DNA of 43,351 bases from Vicugna vicugna. Its lineage: Eukaryota. The DNA lies in NCBI GenBank assembly GCA_013265495.1, contig MU058449.1:372001-415351 (forward strand), written 5' to 3'. Shown piece by piece: positions 32,804 through 43,351 of the stretch; within the stretch, counting starts at the first letter, position 1, and each line of letters begins with the position of its first letter. A program made the translations under genes and the position numbers. Under the pieces are notes generated by a model that ran no database searches, was not told the origin of the DNA, and saw nothing but the letters and a program-made list of their open reading frames with translations.

Positions 32804-34847
32804 AAAAAATGAGTGAAAGGTACTATCACTTTGTATCCTCACCTACCCTTGGTATTGCTCTTTTTATTTATTTATTTTAGCTATCTTTTGAGATATGTAG
32901 TAGAATCTTATTGCATTTGTTAATTTGAAATTCTTTAGTGAAAAAATAAGTTGAGCATCTCTTCATATGTTTATTTTCCATCTGTGGACATTATATATAA
33001 AAGAAAGAGATGAGCAAGTGAGAGAGAGCTGAGGGGAACCTGGACTTGAAGAGATATTTCCAGTGCTTTTGCCACTAAACCACTAAGCCTTACCTGCCTT
33101 TTATATGTAGGACATGGAAGCATAAAGCAAAGTTTATGGTTGAATTCAATGAACACAATAAATATAACAGCCATTGTTAGAACATGAATTTAAAGCTGCT
33201 CTTTAAAGTTTTAATAGAGAACATCATTTCTTGCAGATTAACACATCTGAGTCCTGTCAAACAGACCAACTGGAAATATGTATGAACTTTCCCTCTAAAG
33301 GTAGGACACTATGAATTTAATTTCTTTGAAGAATGGTATTGGTAATCCTGTGTGACATTGAAGGTGGGTGAGGAATCACATATTGGATAGGGCTTTTAAA
33401 TCAGTGTATAAAATTAAATACACAATTTATTAATGTGAAAGTTTAATATTTAATGTATGTCTTATTCTTTAATAATATTAAATTTGGGTTATACTTAAAA
33501 TGGCACGCAATGTCCAAATTAAGGAAAACACTGGAAAGAATGCTGTTGGATGCACTTTAACAAAAGAAGCCATCAAAAATACATTATGTGCATCTTCCTA
33601 TCCCTAAGAGAAAAGAGCATTTAATGTGCTCAGAGTTCACAGGAAATAAATTCTTGAAATAATCATACTCACACATCTCTTATGTGACCCTCTCCCCGTT
33701 AATTCCTTTTAAAAAGTTTTTACTGAAGTCTCTAGTTCACATTCCTTGTAGTAATGTTGCAGTCATTGTAATAACATTAGACAGTGAACTTACCATCAGG
33801 TTGTTTTTAGCCTTCTGTCCAGTCACTCACTCTTATGTTCTAAGTCATTATTTTTATGTGCACATCACTTTCTGCTAACATCAAATTCAGGAAGAATAAT
33901 TGTTAAAAAATATTTGATGCCCAGGAGTCATGTTGGAGATATGTACTTATAAGGTTACACAAAACATTTTTATAAGAATATCCAGGAAATTCTGGTGAAA
34001 GTTGCTTACTTTGAAAGTATTTTCTACCTGAACTTGCCTGAGACTAACCTACTTTGGCAAAGCATCAAGTCCCAAAGGATGTATGTTTATTGCATTTTAC
34101 AAATAAAGAGGCTTTGAAGAGGGAGAAGTGGCCCGTATAGATAGAAACTTGCCTAAATATATTTAACCTGTGCTAATACACACACACTCATCTGAGGCAG
34201 GTAAAAGACTGATCAGACATGACTCAAAATTCTACTGTTAGAATTCTGTGCATTCAAAATTCTTTTATGTTCATGATTTTCATTCTTTAACATAACAAAG
34301 GGGAAGTAGTTGCACAGTAGGAGAACATGGTGTCTGTAGATTTTCATGAACAGAAAGGAGAAAGGTACTAAAACAAAAGGGAAGGACTGGAAACATTTTA
34401 AAAACTCTACTCCATAACCCAGTGATGTCCTCAGAGAGTCAGGCACATCAACATTCATACCTGAGAAATTGACCAAGACCTTTCTTACTTTAAATTCAAA
34501 TTCAGCTCTCTTTTCAGAGAAAACATGTCAGTTCACATAGACCAATTATGCCCAGCTGGAATATGATCCTGTTTTCAAACACAGGGACCAGGAGTTTCGC
34601 TAAATCTCTGTGCTTGAAAATGAAAGGACTTCCTATGGGATGTTTTCCCTAACTGTAAGGTAACCCTACATTGCACAAAAATAAACACTCAGCACCAATA
34701 TGGAGAGGAAATATTGGGATTTAAGACCAGAAGGTAATCTCCAAAGTTTATTCCTTTAGGATCTGTAGGATCTTTTACTATAAGGAACACTTAAAAAGAT
34801 AACCTTGAATAGAGTTAAAGTTAGCTACTTTAACACACCCCCAAGAA

Positions 34848-35802
34848 CTAAGGAAACAGAAGACCCTGCTTTGAGGTGAAAATACGGACCACATGCTCAC
34901 GAATCTGCTTTGTCCTCACACCATAGATGATAGGATTGAGGGCAGGTGGGATGACCACATAGAGACTGGCAATAAGGATGTGGACATAATGGGGAATTTT
35001 TTGTCCAAATCGGTGGGTGAGGAAGGAGAACAGGGAGGGTGTATAGAAAACACACATGACCCCTACATATGACCCACATGTGTTCAGGGCTTTGTGACGA
35101 GCATCTCGAGATGGGAGACGGAAAACTGCACAGAGGATGTAAGCATAAGAGATTCCAACCAGAGCCACATCCAAAATGAGAAAAGAAGCCACAAAAAGCC
35201 CATAAATGGCGTTAATCCGAATGCTGGTACAGGCCAACTTGGCAATGCCCATATGCTCACAGTAGGAGTGGGCAATAATTCGAGCCTCACAGAAGGGCAG
35301 ACGATGAGTTAGGTAGAGAATGGGCAACATAAGCAAAACTGGGCGCATTATAATACCAACACCAATGCCTGCTAGCACTCGTGGTATCAGGATGGTTGTG
35401 TAGTGGAGAGGTGCACAGATGGCCACATAGCGGTCAAAAGCCATTGCCAGCAGGACTGAAGACTCCATTCCTGTGAAGGTGTGTATCAGAAACATCTGGG
35501 CCACACAGGCTTCAAAGCCAATTTCATGAGCATTAAACCAGAAGATACCCAGCATCCGGGGCACTGCAGATGTGGAGAGGGCCAGATCTATGGCAGATAA
35601 GATGGCTAGAAAGTGGAACATTGGGGTCTTGCAGAGTACAGTCAGACCAGATAATCAGCAAAATGGTAGCATTGCCCAGCAGAGCCATTAAGTAAATGAA
35701 GCAAAAAGGCAAGGAGATCCAGACATGGGCATCCTCAAGTCCTGGGATGCCTTAAAGGAAAAAGGTGTCTGGGTGGAAAGTGGAAGTGTTGATGTGGAGC
35801 AT
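34848..35802 (-). pseudogene. OR52J/OR52S-like (resembles OR52J3) olfactory receptor pseudogene (gene 4)
   Basis: From ATG 35802 it reads MLHINTSTFHPDTFFL*GIPGLEDAHVW...CTLQDP. In-frame TAA at codon 17 (35752-35754) and one extra base at ~35622, just before the 257-aa ORF (MFHFLAILS...). The remainder keeps OR motifs. Confidence 0.93.
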
Positions 35803-35838
35803 CTTGCCATTGATGAGAAGGCAAATAGTTGACCAACT

Positions 35839-35860
35839 CTAGAAGCAAAAATAAGAGTGA
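35839..35860 (-). promoter_or_regulatory. Probable splice acceptor of gene 4 coding exon
   Basis: Minus strand reads tcactcttatttttgcttctAG|agttgg, 36 bp upstream of ATG 35802. Confidence 0.6.
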
Positions 35861-36783
35861 TAAAGGCTCACACCTCCAATAGGCTTAATTTTTATCTTTT
35901 TTTTTCTTATAAAAGGTAATGATACAATTTGTGTACGAAGGTAGGTACAGGCACAGACTGAGCACTTTTTAGTGGAAGGAAAATTAACTTTATGGAAGTC
36001 TTTCCTCTGAAATATTAGATTCATATCTTATACTTGTTAGCTCAAGCCCCATACAAAACATGCAATGAATTAAAGAAACATGAAGGAGTTTATGTTTATA
36101 TTGAGATCTCAGTATTCTTTGAAGACAAAGTACACCTTACTTAAACATATCAACACAAAAATCACTCAGCATCAAGATACAGACACCTGCACACAAAACA
36201 TGATTATATATGTATAAGAACAGTGTTATAACTAGATACATAGAATGATAGAAATCAAGCAGGATTTCTTAAACTTGTTTGTTCAGTATCAATTTTTACA
36301 ATGAATACCAGATCCAAAATGAAGAGGTATGCTGCTTTAGTTTATCCCTTCATACTTATTCATATACCCCCACAGACACACTGTACTGTATCTAGATATA
36401 AAAAGAGATGCACAAAGATAGACAGCCACATTGTACTGTACATCAGATATGAAAATAGTTACACAAAGATGGGAAAATCTGATACAATGTGCAGGAGACA
36501 AGTGATCTCTTTGATACTAATATTCTGATGGGATATATATGAATAAAGACTCTCCAAAATTCCTACGGGCTATCAAATTCCCAAGAACATCCCAAGATTT
36601 CTAGCAATTCTATATTTCTTTGTATGAATGTGGAGGAGAGGGGAGTTTGGGGGTGAGCAGTGAAAAGATTTGTTGAAAGGAGATGATTTGAGAGAATAAA
36701 GACACATTTCTAATGACAATGATGAAGGTCAACATCAGGCCGATGAAATCCATGCTCCTGATTTACCACCCTGCAGTTACAGT

Positions 36784-37150
36784 CTTTCTTTCTTTCTCTC
36801 TTTCTTCCACTCCTGGTCTCTCTTATTTTCTCTCTCTCTTTCTTTTCTTTCTTCCTTCTTTGCTTTCATTCTTCTTTCTTATTTTTTCTTCCTTCTTCTT
36901 TTTTTTTCTTCCAGAAAAAAAGCAAAAAGAGATAACACAGCACTATAGAAAAAATAAGAAAGGGACAGAGAAGTATAGGATGAAAGGAAAGTAGGGAAGG
37001 AAAAGAGAAAAGAGAAGATTAAAGACAGAAAAGAAAGAAGGAAGCATAAAGAATTAAGTAAAAAGGAAGGAAGAAAATAAGGGAGGAAGGAAAGAAAAAA
37101 GAAAGAAGAAAGAAAGGTAGGAAGGAAGGGAGGGAAGGAAAGTGGAAGGG
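36784..37150. repeat. TC-rich tract followed by GA-rich tract (low complexity)
   Basis: 36784-36912 is nearly all pyrimidine; 36913-37150 is mostly purine. Confidence 0.9.
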
Positions 37151-37648
37151 GTCTCAGCTCCAAATTACTCCTGTTAAAAGTGAGAGATGAAAGTCCAAAT
37201 TTGGGGAATTATTTTAATAATGATATTAATAAGATAGAGATTCCTCAGCCAGTAAATCCTGCAAGACTACTTAATCTCCATCTCCAGGCTTCTTACTTCT
37301 TTCCTTTCCCCTTGATAATCAACTTTATAAACCTGCACTTAACTCTGGGTCCATGATGGCCTTATTTTTTAATTATTATGATGGAAGACCATACCCTAAT
37401 ACACAATTATCACTGGGAGTGGAGATCTTCATTTACAGCATAACTTAAGTTCCCTCTCTCTGTATAGATAGTTATTTAAAAATTTAAATTGTTTCAACAT
37501 GATCTAGTTCTTTCAGTCAGAAAATTTTTCTACAGTTGTGATATAGAATATATAATAAATTCAACCACAGCCTGTTCTTTAACTGGTGTACAAAGAACAC
37601 CAGTTAAAGATGGTCTCTGATCCATCTACATCAAACATTTAATAGGAA

Positions 37649-37900
37649 GCTCACCTCCAGCAGGAATAGGGCTAGAGAGCTCTAGTGTATCTACTAAAGG
37701 GAACAACGACTTATACTACCTGTACTTAGGATCCTTAGGGGCCTGTCTGAAAACAAAGCCAACTCAAATCCCCTACATGAACCAGGACTAACACCGTGAG
37801 TCTCCTGAGAAAGAGCCCATTATCTGCACCTGGGGCAGAGGGACTGATGTGGAGCCAGACAGCGTCTTCTACTCCACATCGTTTCCCCAACACATAAACA
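37649..37900 (-). promoter_or_regulatory. Candidate promoter / 5' non-coding exon of gene 4
   Basis: Donor GAG|GTGAGC (GT at 37654-37653), O/E-like TCCTTAGGGG (~37732) and TCTCCTGAGA (37801-37810). A second strong donor TTG|GTAAGT lies at 38366-38365. Confidence 0.3.
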
Positions 37901-38439
37901 TATTGTAAATAGAAAGTCAGAGTTACAAACTAATACTACCAAAACATATTGATATGAAGTGAACATAACTTCTTATTGGCTAAATTTTGCATCCTGATTT
38001 TATTACTAACAATGCTATTTAGATCATAAATTACCAATATGTAAATCTTCCCTTCCCACATCCATGTCTTAGCACTCCTCAAAACTTTATTAACATATCA
38101 TGACTATCAAATAAGACAAAGTCTCTGATGTTTCTCCATGAGTGCTAGTCTTACTGGCTATAAATGTAAGTTAATAAAAATTAAATAAACAAAAATTAAA
38201 TAAAATGAAGTACATTTAAATACAGGAAATAAATGGAAGCCAAAGAAAGGAAAGATGTGTTATCCTAATATTTCAAAGTCACAAATAAAAATGATTTTTT
38301 TCCTATGTAAAAATAAAAGGAAAATAATATTACTTAGTCATAGAAAAATACAGGAACACCACTTACCAAAATTCCCATTCAGATGGTGATCCAGGAGGAC
38401 TGGTAGATGATATTCTCATTATATATGTCAGTTAAAGCA

Positions 38440-38633
38440 CTTCTACTCATACATATTAACATAGACTATTGAAATTACTACAAATCTATAAATGACAAAC
38501 AACTCAGTATTTAAAAAGGAACAAAAACTTAATCTGGTGATTTAAAAAAAGAGAATATCTGACAAATATAAGAAAAAAATTTTCATCTCTGCTATGCATC
38601 AGGAAAATTCTAATTCAAACCACAATGTGACAC
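38440..38633 (+). mobile_element. Old L1ME ORF2 3' fragment
   Basis: actacaaatctataa...catcaggaaaattctaattcaaaccacaatgtgacac. Confidence 0.55.
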
Positions 38634-39240
38634 TGTTAGCAGATAGAGGGACCCCTAAATTAGGAAGCCCACCAAAATGTGGGTCCTTGCTGCTGGCTGA
38701 GAAGGAAATCACACAGCAGAGGCATAGGGACCAAATAAACAGCTGCTTTGTTGCTCAGAAAGAGAAATGGAAGGAAATTGCCAAAACAGAGATAAGGAAA
38801 GAAAGGGACTCAAACAGAAAGGAAGTGCTCCAGCAGGAAGCCATCAGCCAAAATGGCCAGTAGAAATGGCTCTGGGCCAGGACCAGCCAACAGGTCTTTT
38901 GTTAGAAAGCTCTGCCATCATTATCTTCATTCCGGTGGTGGTGTTAATTATTTTCTGCTATGGGCTCCTTCCTCCCTCACAGCTCAGCCCTGAAACAAAA
39001 AGCAATTAGCAAAGACTTTGGCGAGAACAAAGGAAGAGATACTGGGGTATGTCCTTGGATTTTGAGGAGCCAGCTGTGGGATAACAGAAACGTAGTCCTA
39101 AAGAAAGCATATTGAGATCTGGCTATTAACTTAGGCAATATAAATACTGAAATGCTCTGCTGAAGCCACGTTGCAAAGGCTCTTGAGACTCTATGGTTAA
39201 AGGCTCTCAAGATTAAAAAAGTTTTGAATCTGGCTGTTAA
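38634..39240 (-). mobile_element. Probable ERV LTR, family not recognised
   Basis: Abrupt TG start interrupting the L1, higher GC, and ccaaaatgtgggtccttg reminiscent of the MER41-group end seen at 16160 and 17080. Right edge uncertain. Confidence 0.5.
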
Positions 39241-40529
39241 ACCACTGGTAACTTAAAATTGGCCATGTTGGGAGAACTTTTTGACAGAAATGTATTTTCC
39301 ATTTTGTAAATGCTCCCCAAAATGTGTGTATATATACATATACGTTTGTGAGTACAGGTACATAGATACATACACATACACTTGTGTACGTGTGTGTGTG
39401 TGTACACTCCAGCCTGCAGGTGGGGAATAGTGTTCTGTGTGTGCAAGCATGTGTTTAGGAGCATATGTGTACCTGTGCATGTGTTTCAGAAAGACTCTGT
39501 CAATGAGTTAAAAAGAAGGTGGGGAGGAGTGAGAGATACAGAATGGGAGGAATTAAAAGGTGGGAGAGAGTGATGTAGAAGACAGGCACAGAGATGATGG
39601 AAAGGAAGCAGAGAAATGTGTCATGATTTCTAAGTTTGAGGGTTTGCCTACATCTTTGGAATCCAGCTTCTAGAAGGATGAAAGAAATGACCACCAAGTG
39701 AGAACTAACAATGCAATGAGGTGAAGTCCTTTTGGATTAATAGTTCATTGTAATGTCATAGTGAGATTGATAAAATTATGAAGTGATTAGGCAAAAATAT
39801 TTTATTTTCCCCTTTCTAAAAAATAATCACCAAGAAGAAAACAGAAATATGGGGTCTTGAGAATAATACAGGAAGAAGACCCAATGGACATTGATCTAAG
39901 AAAAAAATTTTTATACACCTGAGTATAAAATTCTTGGTAAGAGAAGACAGAGAATGTTCAGTAATATTATATTTTTACCTCTAGCCAATCAACTTTAGTT
40001 TTATACTTATATATCTTCATTATATGATACCTGACATTTTATTCAATTTGAATAATAAACATATATAATAAGAAATAAAATATATATTTATAAAAATCAC
40101 TAATAACTTAAGTGTTTTCCTCTATATTTGCATACATATATGCCTTTAAAAGAATGGTGATTATATTTTTCTCTTTTTTTACTCAATATGTAATAGTGAA
40201 AGCTCTTGTCAAACTTTATTAATATATACAATATATGCTCATTTAATCATCCCCCAATATTTTACAATTTTCCCAATATCTTACAATTGCCAGTAGTAAT
40301 ATACATATATGATCCAAGTATGTAAATGTAATTATTTACAAATTTCTGTAAGTTTATACTGTAAATTTTTGTTTATAAGAGGGGACATATTTATCTTATT
40401 ACATTTACATCTTAGACATCAAACAAGATACCTGCCACTGAATGTATTCTTTCTAAATTACACATTTAATCAAGAACTTATAGTTAATGAAAAAGATATC
40501 TCTAGAAATTATGCGTATCTCTAGAACTT

Positions 40530-40887
40530 GATGCATTGGGTGTTAGCTCAAGTATGAAATATTTATTCTTAAAATGATTAGTCTAAACCAGTAATGGCAA
40601 ATCCAATCCCTTTATCAATGGTGTGTTTAGAAATAGTCATAAACTCTAATTCTGGCATTCAGTTCCAAAAGGAAGGCTTCACTACCCTTGTTGAGAGAAG
40701 TTTTTTAGCTCCTAAAAGATTGTGGAGAAATTAAAACCTATAGATTTGGGCCATTAAAACAATCAACTATGGATCCTGCCCTTCTACTGGGTTTATTGTT
40801 ATATGAAATAATAACATTCATTATACTGAAGTAAATTCATACTGTGACTTTATTTTATTTGCAAAGTGAAGCACTCTAACCAGTATG
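40530..40887 (+). mobile_element. MLT1J/K/L-like MaLR LTR, internally deleted
   Basis: atgattagtctaaaccagtaatggcaaatcc...ttgttatatgaaataataa...ttgcaaagtgaagcactctaac. Confidence 0.6.
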
Positions 40888-41199
40888 ATAATTACAGACA
40901 TGCTTAAGACAATTATTATATAATATTAAAGTCACTTGTCACAAATAATTTTCCAATTTTTATTCTATTTTGTACAATAAATTAATAAATTAATTGGATT
41001 GGAAAGATGTGCTCTACTCACTGACTCACTCACTATTTTTAGAATTCAGTCATTTACTTGCATCTTCTCAATACAGTAATTATTTTTTCAGCCTTTTTCT
41101 GTACAATTTCTTTTTTTGGCATGAAACTTACACTAATAAATAAATTTAACATCAACTTTCTTATATTATACTATGACTAATAATAAGAGCATGAGTTGT

Positions 41200-41960
41200 T
41201 TCATTCTTTGATTTATTCAGCAGGCATTTCTTGAGTAGCTTGTGAGTCATATTGTGAGTCACTTAATAGATAAGTAAGTGACATCAAATTCCTCATAGTC
41301 TGGTAGGACAGAGGACGATAGGCAGTCATTGCAAGTTATTATAATACTAAGCTGTAAGTAAGAGAACTATGAATAAATACAGTAAAAAAAGAAGAGTAAG
41401 TACCTCTCTACTTTCAATGGTGTGAGGAAAATTGCCCTAGAATTGCTGATATGTAGAAATTCACTCCCATGTGGACCAATGTTATTCTTTTCCTAAAATA
41501 AGATTTTATTTGAATATTAGATTTGAAAAAATTAAAATACAAATGCCAGAAAATTGTTGTGACATAAGTCTTTAGTGGATGGGGAATGGAGGGAAAGGCA
41601 GTAAGTCTTATAAAGCAGGTTTGTCTGTATTGCAGAGTTTATTAGGGAATAGGCATATCTCTATGAAATGAAGACCAAGATGGAAGTTAAGTGTAATAGG
41701 AAAACTGAAGTTGGGAGAGATGTCTGGCATGGAGAATGTAGCAAAAGTACAAATATATGCTGGTCACTAGAAATACTAAGTAAAACAGTAGCATTAGAGA
41801 CAGAAATGAAAATACTTAAGAGATATTTATGAAATAAAATCAGCTGGTTTGGAAGACTGAATGTGTCTGGTGATATAGGTACTTCAGAGTTATAGTTACC
41901 ACATTGTTGATGCAAGAAATTAAGATATAGGAAGTCAAGAAGACCAACATGATTAAAATT
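41200..41960 (-). mobile_element. Degenerate L2 remnants
   Basis: tcattctttgatttattcagcaggcatttcttgag (L2 3' tail) and aagagatatttatgaaataaaatcag. Confidence 0.5.
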
Positions 41961-41971
41961 AAGAGAATATA

Positions 41972-43351
41972 GAGGAAGAGGGAAGATGGCGGAGTAGAAG
42001 GACGCTTGTAAGTCACCCTCTCCCACAAATACACCAAGACCCACATCTACAGACCCACTCAGCCAACCAGGGCACCTGCGGAACTCCGACAGAACATCGC
42101 CCTCTTCAAAAGATAAAGACGCCAAAAATCTGGTAGGAGAAAAGGAAAAAAGAAAGAACAAAAGGCAAAGCAGCGTGGGAGGGGTCCCACGGGGAGGGAG
42201 CGGCAAAGGAGGACTGGCGCTCGCAGGCTGGGTCTCCCCTCTCCAACTGGGAGGCCAGCGGGACGGAGGGGGAGCCTCCGAGGCTCGGATCTGTGCAGAG
42301 CAGCCCTTGTCTGACAGAACTAAGTTAAACGGGCACAGAGCGTCCCCCCGACACCCAGCCTGAGATGCGGGCTGGCAGCGGCGGGCAGGGCCAGGCTGCA
42401 CAAGCCGGGCGGAGGACGGGGGTGGCTGCACGGAGGCAGCCCCGGGAGACTGCAAGGGGCTGGGCGCCATGGCTGTGGGTGTACAGGACAGAACAACCTG
42501 GGCCCTCCAAGTTGATGTGCGGGGAAGGGTGCATACCCCCATCTCTGAAAACCCGCGGAAAATTTTCAGGGGAAGAGAGGCGGGGCCCAGGCACAGCAGC
42601 CATATTCTCTGGCGCTTAGCACCCAGGTGGGGGCAGGTGCGAAACCTGCATCCGCACCGAAGGGCTCAGCAGCCTCAAGGGCAGACTGAGACGGGCCTAC
42701 AGCCCGGGGCAGGTGGGATCCTTCCATCCTGGTCCCTCAGAGAACTTGCTCCACAAAGACAAACAAGGAGCTGGGTCTTGGCTCGGAGCAGGGACGAGGC
42801 TGCCCCTCGGTCTTCCCCGAGCCCACCCACGGAGCGCGACCAGGGCGGAGCGCCGACCAGGGCAGAGCGCGCAGCCGCACAGAGCAGTGGAGCTACCGGA
42901 GGCGCAGGCAGAGGGAGAGCGGCCCCCCAACCTGTCGGGCAGGAACACAGCCCCTGACCGAGGTGCTGGGAGGGGGCACGACCCGCCCTCCTGCCTGGCC
43001 AGTCTGCAACATCTGACTGCGGCATCCGGAGGGGCAGTGACCCGCCCGCCCGCAGCAGAGGAGAGCTGCACCTGACCCCGTGTTAGGAGGAGGCGCGATC
43101 TGCTTGCCGACAGGTGCTGGGAGCAGCACAGAAGAGGGCGCCAACGGAGGGCCTATGAAAACAAGCTGAGCTTCCAAAACAGGACGAAGACAGAAGGACA
43201 TCACATTAAAAGCACACAGACTCATTTTTTTTTTATTTTTTGTTGTTGTTTTTGTTTTGTTTTGTTTTTAAATCTGTTTTTACCTGTTCTATTTTCAATT
43301 ACTCTCTTAATTTTTACTTCTTAATTCATTTCTATTTCTCTTGGCTTGGGT
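41972..43351 (+). mobile_element. 5'UTR of a young, probably full-length L1 (continues beyond the window); CpG-rich internal promoter
   Basis: Begins GAGGAAGAGGG-AAGATGGCGG (YY1 site 41983-41992) after a TT|AAGA endonuclease-type site. ~1.2 kb GC/CpG-rich segment, then a T-rich segment from ~43224. Confidence 0.88.

Larger units (their letters stand above)
29715..32990 (-). mobile_element. L1MC3/4-like 3' region, interrupted by a solo LTR and a younger L1
   Basis: agtactggtctgatttttgtaaaatgttcc; ggagtatcctcataaattgtttggaatt; tgggagctctttcagtcagctcctatgtccctttgaca; gttgagcatctcttcatatgttta. Confidence 0.8.

Noticed and set aside
34848..35621. 257-aa ORF as an intact OR gene
   Set aside because: It starts at the TM2 Met; the true 5' part carries a stop and a frameshift.
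36713..37163. Phe/Leu/Ser-rich membrane-protein-like ORFs
   Set aside because: Translations of low-complexity TC/GA tracts.
42175..43225. Multiple overlapping 62-162 aa ORFs
   Set aside because: Expected in a GC-rich L1 5'UTR and none resembles L1 ORF1. Only the 293-aa antisense frame is kept as a lead.
1..43351. CRISPR arrays, operons, rRNA or other prokaryote-type systems
   Set aside because: The sequence is mammalian; no repeat-spacer array, rRNA or bacterial-like gene was seen.

Overview
Mammalian, AT-rich genomic DNA from a class I (OR51/OR52-type) olfactory receptor cluster. A camelid origin is likely, inferred from a Vic-1-like tRNA-derived SINE and the young L1 types. There are four single-coding-exon OR52-family loci: an open gene on + (2052-2996); two open paralogous OR52A-related genes on - (10703-11656 and 24119-25069) from an old tandem duplication; and an OR52J/S-like pseudogene on - (34848-35802) with a nonsense codon and a 1-bp frameshift. 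Most of the rest is transposon-derived: L1s of several ages, including a twin-primed copy and the CpG-rich 5' end of a young L1 running off the right edge, several solo LTRs, a Tigger2-family DNA transposon, and MIR/L2/CR1 remnants. I see no evidence for a wholly new multi-gene system. The best leads are (i) a long antisense, ORF0-like frame in the young L1 5'UTR, (ii) two independent MER41-like LTRs with STAT-type motifs next to a candidate OR promoter, (iii) a non-coding block conserved between the two paralogous ORs, and (iv) signs of incipient decay in apparently intact ORs. Repeat family names are from recalled consensus sequences, not a database search, and the edges of old repeats are approximate.
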